From: Oopsacas minuta | Lineage: Eukaryota; Animalia; Porifera | Length of the DNA stretch: 64,000 bases | Reading direction: 5' to 3' | Assembly: GCA_024704765.1 (NCBI GenBank) | Contig: JAKMXF010000011.1 | Span: 727,557-791,556, forward strand | Shown here: one piece after another, positions 56,493-64,000 of the stretch | Layout of the letters: each line of letters begins with the position of its first letter | Position numbering within the stretch: the first letter of the stretch is position 1 | Made by a program: the position numbers and the translations under genes | The notes under the pieces: generated by a model | Seen by the model: only the letters and a program-made list of their open reading frames with translations | Databases searched by the model: none | What the model was told of the DNA's origin: nothing

Positions 56493-56891
56493 GGTGAATA
56501 TAATATAAGCTAATTGGTGAGTAGATACTCGTTAAAATGTAAACTTAAATATCAATCGAATTTCGACGTTTTCAATTAGTATTACATTAGATAATACGTA
56601 CTATGGATAAGCGAATAAATCGTAAAATATATATTAGAAAGGAATTATGGATTCAATATTTTCAAACTAGATTTTTCTCATTTCATTGGTTTTCAATTAG
56701 GTTTTTTGAATTACATGACATTTTGAACATTCTCATCATAATGGTGCCTATGATCATGAATAACAGGACAGGACACCATGGATGGAATTGCCCCGAATAA
56801 ACCCACATTTATCCTAAATTCAAACAATAATATGTGTATACAGTTCATGCACTATTTACAGTCCGCTAACTTCTACTATGCTATACCCACT

Positions 56892-59800
56892 TTATGGATT
56901 CGTAATGAAGTTGTTAATCAACTCAAATGCAACTCTAGGTTGATCATAAGGTACCATATGTCCAGCATTTCTAATAGAGACCTGATGGAAGTCACCTACT
57001 CGTCTGATATACCCAGCTATATCTGTATCAGATGGATACGGCTTCCATGGAGTACGTTTTGCCTGCTTATACTCTGCTGATTTAGTCCAGTTTAGGACAT
57101 TGAGAAATCCTTCTGTTAGAATTGTACCTAGGATATGTAGAAATTAATAAATTAGAGAAATATACAAATAATAATAGTTCACTATCCCTGGTCCAAAATT
57201 CGGATTTGCAAAGAAGGAGAGGATCATTTTCTCGTGTAACAGAACTCTACAATGTCTTAAAAATAAAATAATTTACAGTAAACTTTCGTTATAACGAAGT
57301 GATTTTCACTCCCTATAAGTAGCATGAAAGTAATTGAATCCACTCCGCTTGCAAAGAAATCCGAAAACAACCAGCGAGCACTTCGTTATAACTAGAGTTC
57401 ACTGTAATATAATAATCAATTTGGTTTCGCAAATAACAATGGGAAACTCAACAATATTCTTAGATAACTTATCAATACATAACGTATATACAATTAGTCA
57501 ATTCAGATAGGCAATGGTATAATGTCAGTAGTTTGGATAGAATTTGCAATGGAACATGAAGAAACTATTTGCTTAGAATATATATTCATATATTGGCTTA
57601 GATTTAAGAATATGGTTAACTGGAGGAGATTTGGTAGATTTGTATGGAAATTGTTACAATTAGAATTATTCAGATGGTTGTGTTACATGCTTTCACTTGT
57701 AACCATATATTTCATAATGTTTTATGTTGTAAATAAAACTAAAAATATGAAAAATAGCAACAATTATGTAGTCAATAAACCTGATATGAAAATAGTATAT
57801 TCTCCAAGTTGTGAGGAAGGAAATTGTGACGTAACACAAGATAAACAGCTGTTTATTATTCTTGTATTAGAAAAGAGGACAACTGAGAGAGAATTGACTA
57901 TAATTCGTGATACATGGTGCCGAGGAATTGATCAGGATGATGTTTTATATATTCTTGATAGAGTTGAACAAATTGATGAGAAAATGTCCAGATATTATAT
58001 AGTGAATATGGAAGATGAAGATATGCTATTATCCATGGTATTTCAATTCATAGATAGGTATTCGCTTCTAGCTAAATATCCATGGTACTTTATACTTAGA
58101 AGTACATCAGTGTACGTGCAAGTTAAGAAATTGATCCAGAAGCTAGGTATGATTGATCCCAATCAAATGCTCGCGTTTGGTTTAGGAACTGGCTCAAATC
58201 AAAGACTATGCTCGTCAGACAACGGTATGGTATTTTCCGAAGCTTTTATACGAATTATGACGTTATGTATAAATGATTATAATAACAAAATGGTTGAAAA
58301 TAAGTTAGCGAAGTGTTTGCGGAAATTCGATGTGAATTGTATCACAGATTCATTTGATGAACTAGGGGTGATGTATTCAAGCGAAATTTCACATATGAGC
58401 AATATTCTAGCTCGGAAATCTAAAGATATAGATGATGCGATTCTTATCAATACTCCTACTTCTAATGATATATTCTATCTGTTAAAAAGCGCATTTCATC
58501 AGGAAAATTATTTTAAACAACAAAACGAGCTCGAAAAGTTAGAAAATTTTGAGGATGTATTTGGTCAAAAATCTGTCCATGGTCAAGACAATTTTCTAGA
58601 TGAAAAACTACATAAAGATTTCCGGTTAGAAATATCAAATTCAACTCTAATTTCAAGTCTATCACCAAATAGAGTGAAATTACTAGATGAACAGTTAAAA
58701 GAGTTAAATAAAATTGGAGAAAATATTTACAGACAAAATCGAAAACAATCCGCATTTTCAAATTACAGATTCTTAAGCCTTGGCGATATATTAATAGAAC
58801 AAACATTTAGTAAGCGAGTTTACCAATTCACAGGATTAGTTGAAGATACATTTCCTGTTTATAAGTTCGTTCAAATGTATAAGGAAGATCTACGTAACTC
58901 GAAAGGTTATACACAATCAATAACACCATTAGATGTAAATTTTGAGGATAGGAATTTCGCGATTATTTTGCTTCTTGACGCAAACACACCTCCAAATATT
59001 ATCAAAGGTTTCACAGATCAAAATGAGGAGATATTCACTCAATTCCAAATAGAACATTATATAATACAAATGGTGAAAAATCAACGCAAATACCAACAGA
59101 AAATACTCAATGCACTATTAAAATACACTTTGAAAGACCACATTATTATCCTATTAACATCACCTATTGAAGTTAATAAGAAATTGATTGAAATTACACA
59201 AGAGTATACCATAAATGGTCATCAAGTTTACTCAACAACTTTTTGTGATAATCAATCAGAAAACTCGAATATAATGAGTATATACTCAGAGGATCTGATT
59301 TCTATAAGGTTGGAACTATGGATTGACTGTCATGTTGCAAATATATTGAATTGTGTTAGAAATGGTATAGAGAGAGATAGTAGGATTATTGTATTAGAAG
59401 CTAATGATAAATTGTGTGAGTAATGTTATGTATTTGTAAATTACTTGAGGTATAGGTTACACTGTATTAAGTAAAAACAAGGGTAGACCAGGGATATCAT
59501 TGTGTAAGCTGATTTTACACATTTTGATTTATCACGGCTTGTAAAATACAGTAGAGATAACTTGTCAACGTACATCGATGTACCTTAAACTTACCAACAA
59601 TCAAGTCAAGATTTCCATTATAAAGCATTACTTTATAATTATCCATTATCACAGATAGGTTTTTCGCCATAGACTGCATTATATCATTAACAATAGCTAA
59701 TTCTACTGTTAAATCTGTTTTAAAAGGTTCATTGCCTACGTGGATAGCTTCACGCACTCCACTTCTACTAATGTACTTTAAGTAATAGTCCATCTCTGGT

Positions 59801-61546
59801 GGAGCTGTACAGCTAAATAATAAAAATAACGAATTACAGTGGAATCTCAGAAAAGACGAACATTTTAAATGATTTTCAAAGTAAATACAAATTCACCTTA
59901 TTATGACGAAAATGCTTATTAGATATATAACCATGAATGGTAGATTTCATTAATCTGCTTGGATATTGTTTATAGGTCATTTTGAGGTACTCCTCGCTTG
60001 ATTTTCTGGGGGATTTCCATAAAACATACAATTAATGAAATCCAACATCCATGGTTAAAATCGAATAAACATTAATTAAGAGGACCATTTCGTCAAGACC
60101 GTACGAATAAACAGGTAAACATACTGTAGAATATTGAAGTAGAAATTACATCCAGTAGCATTCTGAAAATATGTTGGATACTTGAAAATATCCCCATTCA
60201 ATAAGAAATCGAATATTTGAAAAGCTCTATAATAATCTCCATCTCTTATCATCTGAGCAGCATCAAGAGTTTGTCTATCAATATAATCCTTCTGGTTAGA
60301 ATCAATCAGTCCATTTGCGTACAAAAGCGCTCCATAATGTGGCAATTGATTCTGAGGATCAACCAAGCCATTTCCAATAGCAACTCCACGGAAATTTATC
60401 TTGAATTCAGCAGTAGGATTTGATGTGTGTATTTTGTATGCTAACGCTGGTACGTATTTGCCAGCGTATGATTCACCTAAAAAGAGGCGGGATATCAATT
60501 TAGAATTTCATCAAGGTTTGATTACAACTATTGTATTTCTATATATTAAACTCTAGATTATCTTAATTGCAACTTCTTTATTTGTAATTGGAATTCACAC
60601 TTTCTATACGCATTCGGAATCAATTTCTAGTAAATTTGCAACTCTAAAGATAAACATGCATACACGCCCGTTTTTGTAGATGTGTCCCTTGGGGTGGAGT
60701 CATTAAATGACTACATGTATGCATGAGACTACTGGCATAATTAAAGTAAGACATTTCACTCCAATGAATAGAGCATTCATATTTTGTTAAACTACAACTT
60801 ACCGGTTATATAAAATTCGTTTTTTTTATAACCAAATAGCCTGAAAAACTGCAACATTGCTTCGTACAGATTGTCTGCTACTTGGTTCTCATTTGTAGAT
60901 AAACCGTCTTTATCTCGTACAAAACTGTAGCCAGTACCAACTGGATTATCAATGTACAAAACCTAGAGGATAAATAATTATAAAATACAGTCAACTCCTG
61001 TTATATCGAGCACGGATATGTGAAATACAAATACCCGCTTATATCAAAGTAATTATCGCGATCCCTTGAGCTTCAATATTATAACAGCAGTTGACTGAAA
61101 ATACATAGACTCTCGTAAGTAGTAGTATGAGATCTCTATGGTAAACTTACATTAAAGTTTTTAACCCAGTTAATTTCTCTCCTGCTTGGATCTCCATTTT
61201 TGTCTATAACAATTGGACCATTTTCAACAAATATCGCATAGACAGAGGGTGCACCAGGTCCTCCCTGTAACCATAGCAACACAGGAGCAGCGAGGTTTTT
61301 ATTAAGCGCGGGGAAATACCACATGAATAGACACCCATCTGATGATTTATTAACACGAAAGAATCCTGCATAGCTTTCAAGATCTTCCATACCGGGTAAT
61401 TTTACTGAACTCTTAGCTCTCACTTCATTTGGTGATAGGTCAGTTAAAATCAAAGGATTGTTAGCTCGTAGTTTAGAGATCTTTCCAATGTCGATAGAGT
61501 ACACACCCAGGATAGAGATTAATAAGATAGCAAATACTCGCTTCAT
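56892..61546 (-). CDS. CPVL: Serine carboxypeptidase CPVL-like (S10), 5 exons
   Basis: Exons 61546-61151 (signal peptide, WLQGGPG), 60962-60803 (YIDNPVGTGYS), 60476-60125 (GESYAG), 59812-59595 (YNGNLDLIV) and 57127-56892 (AGHMVPYDQP); complete Ser-Asp-His triad. Confidence 0.93.
57276..57404. mobile_element. pogo-like MITE
   Basis: TA-cagtaaactttcgttataacgaagtg...cacttcgttataactagagttcactg-TA. Confidence 0.75.
57612..59423 (+). CDS. Divergent chondroitin synthase / polymerizing-factor-like (CHSY/CHPF) type II membrane protein, nested in CPVL intron 4
   Basis: N-terminal TM; IRDTW, WYFILRSTSVYV..KL...L, LCSSDNGMVFSEAFIR and ENKLAKCLRKFDVNC align with the fringe-like GT domain of CHSY1; likely ATG at 57612 (ORF track 57522). 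Confidence 0.6.
   Translation: MVNWRRFGRFVWKLLQLELFRWLCYMLSLVTIYFIMFYVVNKTKNMKNSNNYVVNKPDMKIVYSPSCEEGNCDVTQDKQLFIILVLEKRTTERELTIIRDTWCRGIDQDDVLYILDRVEQIDEKMSRYYIVNMEDEDMLLSMVFQFIDRYSLLAKYPWYFILRSTSVYVQVKKLIQKLGMIDPNQMLAFGLGTGSNQRLCSSDNGMVFSEAFIRIMTLCINDYNNKMVENKLAKCLRKFDVNCITDSFDELGVMYSSEISHMSNILARKSKDIDDAILINTPTSNDIFYLLKSAFHQENYFKQQNELEKLENFEDVFGQKSVHGQDNFLDEKLHKDFRLEISNSTLISSLSPNRVKLLDEQLKELNKIGENIYRQNRKQSAFSNYRFLSLGDILIEQTFSKRVYQFTGLVEDTFPVYKFVQMYKEDLRNSKGYTQSITPLDVNFEDRNFAIILLLDANTPPNIIKGFTDQNEEIFTQFQIEHYIIQMVKNQRKYQQKILNALLKYTLKDHIIILLTSPIEVNKKLIEITQEYTINGHQVYSTTFCDNQSENSNIMSIYSEDLISIRLELWIDCHVANILNCVRNGIERDSRIIVLEANDKLCE
60988..61097. mobile_element. MITE family A, internally deleted
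   Basis: TA-cagtcaactcctgttatatcg...ataacagcagttgactg. Confidence 0.8.
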
Positions 61547-62373
61547 TCTAATGTCACATTAATAATGGCAAAAAATTTGGCAAAATTGGGGGAATAATTC
61601 GATTTTATATCTGAAATTTTAGGACCAGGAAAATCAAAACTGTTTACAACATGGGAGGTTTTCGTGTTTTGAAAGTCCTACTTATTGTCAGATCATTAAG
61701 AATCTGCTATATTAATCAATAGTTCAAAATTTTGACCCCAAAGTAATATTTCTATAAAATCGGTGACTCTAGAGATAAGACACATTCTCTTGAGACGTAA
61801 CAACCTGAAATATGATAAAAGAATGAAATCAGTTACAGATGGTTGTAATCGGATAAAATAGATTGTGTTAGCACTAAGCTAAACACGTGCAGGCTCAAAT
61901 TTATATCAAGGGATAAATTTCAACTTTGACTAATTGAAATACAAGATAAAGAACGAATGTATTTAGGGATTATACGTAAATAAGTATAGCATCTATGACT
62001 AACGTATGATGATTGGTAAATTCACTTTTCCTACTGACATAATGCACCATACAAAATGTATTACAAGTAGACTTGGTTACGCCGAAAGTATTCTGAGACA
62101 AATTCTACACACTTTTGAGGTCTTTCAATGTATTTCAACCAGAACACGTTTGGCAGTAGCACAAATATGTTCTTTATTACCGGTATATATTATATAAGAG
62201 TATAAGAGAACCGTTTTCAAGAGGATGGTTCTTATATCCGAGTGTTACCCACTGTATCTAAATTAATATTGACTACCTTATATCAAAGATAATTTAGAAG
62301 GAATTACCTACACATTCACTGACTAATCCACAACTACCTAGAGGCTAATCCTCACTACATCAATACAAATATC

Positions 62374-63740
62374 CTAATCAAACAATCCACCTATTCCCTC
62401 ACTACCACTCTCACTATCATCTGCAGCAGGCTCATCAGCTGGTTGTTCTACTACGTCAGCCTGTTTGGCTGCAGGTTTAGCTGATGTTTGTAATTTAGCC
62501 ATAGCTTCTGGATCTGAAAGGATAGTTTTGATAGCATCTGCTTCTTTGAATGAGATATCTGTGCCCAAGGCAACGCTTAGTATGTTCCTAAATCCGTACG
62601 TCAAACTGTGTGTTATTGTACCAGGGAGAGGATAGCCCATACCTAAGAGGATATATAGTAGTCAGGGAGAAGACATTCATTTGGTATAATTACACGTAGA
62701 ACGTAATTACAGTCAACCCCCGTTATATTGAAGCTCAAAGAACCGCGATTATTACTTTGATATAAACGATTAAATTTATATTACTTTTGAAGGTTTGGGA
62801 CCATAATAGTACAATTTAAGACTTGGATATAAGCGGGTATTTCGATAAATCCGTGTTTGATATAACGGGGGTTGACTGTACAGTTAGATACTATTTCCAG
62901 GTCAAATATTTGGACCAATAAATGTGAAATATTCCGTTTAAGTATCAGAGAGAAATTGCATAATATCGCAAATAGAGAAGCACATTCGCTCAGTAACTTT
63001 TAATATACAATATGACGTAATACGAAGCTAACACTTTCGAATTCGTTACCTAGTGCTGTAGCATTAAGATTAGCTATTCCTTTCTCTACAATACCCATTA
63101 CGTCATCCGTAGTCAAATCTAATAGATCAGCTTTGTAGATAGATCCCTTGTCATATACAGTTACAACCTTCAACCCGTATGAAAATGGACTGATGTTCAA
63201 CATGTTTAGTAGAGTAGCTTCGCTCGCTCCAACTTTACAATTCTTCCTGATCAGATGGAAATCATTCGTTAATTCGATTTGTCCACGTGTGATTTTCGTC
63301 GGGATTGACAGGTTCTGGAAGAAACCAGTTTTTTCTGGTCCTAGTCCACAACTTCCTTTGGGTAAATGTACGTCCAATGGGGCAATAGCACCTGTTTTAG
63401 CTGGGGCAGCTTTTTTGTTCTCCAACAGCTTATTACGGATATAAACCAGGTCAAGATGACTGAATACCATTCCGACATTATTCTTTATAAAAGGTATAAG
63501 CCTTTCTAAGTCAGGGTTATGCTCGAGGTATCCACGTATAGCCTTTTTCATGAGAGTATTTTTTCCCATAAATATTATGGCATCTCCACGTAGGGCTTGT
63601 CTTATTTGTTGCATTTGGAATGAACCAACATTGTCAGCGTTGACTAACAGGATTTTGTTGTACACAGCGAGGAATTCGGCCATCTTGACGAAGTACTCTG
63701 ATTTCCTCGTTGTTTTATCTACTTTACGTCCACCTCCCAT
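62374..63740 (-). CDS. RPLP0: 60S acidic ribosomal protein P0, 2 exons
   Basis: Exons 63740-63050 and 62642-62374; DNVGSFQMQQIR, MGKNTLMKKAIRG, APAKTGAIAP, GLGPEKTGFFQ, LNMLNISPFSYG and acidic tail ending GGLFD. Confidence 0.97.
62710..62878. mobile_element. MITE family A, most intact copy
   Basis: TA-cagtcaacccccgttatat...atataacgggggttgactg-TA (perfect 19-bp TIR). Confidence 0.92.
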
Positions 63741-64000
63741 TTATTTAACTGGAAATAACTAATAAAATAGAAGTATTAGTAGTTCAAACAATGCGTAACG
63801 CTTCCATACTATACTTTTACGTTACAATAGCGTGACAAAGGGAGAGTTTCGTTACATAACATTTGAAATAAATGCATTTGTAGCATACTTGTTTCGAGAA
63901 AATGCATTGAAGAATCCCTGGAAACAAAAATTTCGCCATAAGTGAACTTACGAGTATATTTAGTGCAGTGTTTCCCAATCCGTGGTTCATTCACGCCTAG

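Noticed and set aside
62643-63049. snoRNA in the RPLP0 intron
   Set aside because: The hairpin there is explained by a MITE; no convincing C/D or H/ACA box arrangement was seen

Overview
AT-rich, gene-dense eukaryotic (early-branching-animal-like) genomic DNA with short GT-AG introns, many intronless genes and abundant MITEs. The style is consistent with a compact sponge-type genome, but that is an inference. About 25 protein-coding loci can be supported: AAK1-like kinase (3' part), an EF-hand-like/PH protein, a 15-exon Tyr/Pro-rich ZU5-UPA scaffold, MDH1, two head-to-head orphan 7TM genes, FMC1, an HDNR-motif protein, FBXL4, a highly divergent tubulin, TM9SF1, a DH-only RhoGEF, two tandem SAMHD1 paralogues, RNF170, a TRIM-NHL, DNAJC30-like, an F-box/WD40 gene, VAV, RPAP2, an orphan 684-aa protein, ethanolamine kinase, MFSD10, CPVL (with an antisense chondroitin-synthase-like gene nested in intron 4) and RPLP0. 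Mobile DNA includes an internally deleted hAT element with an 8-bp TSD and several MITE families, one with about 14 copies. Three things stand out. (1) A recent tandem duplication of SAMHD1 whose copies differ almost only by amino-acid-changing substitutions, several at substrate and allosteric positions, with loss of the N-terminal basic NLS-like segment in one copy. (2) An alpha/beta-mosaic tubulin with a degenerate GTP-binding loop. (3) A possible two-promoter PH / ZU5-UPA locus. All splice models, alignments and counts were done by eye; no searches were run.
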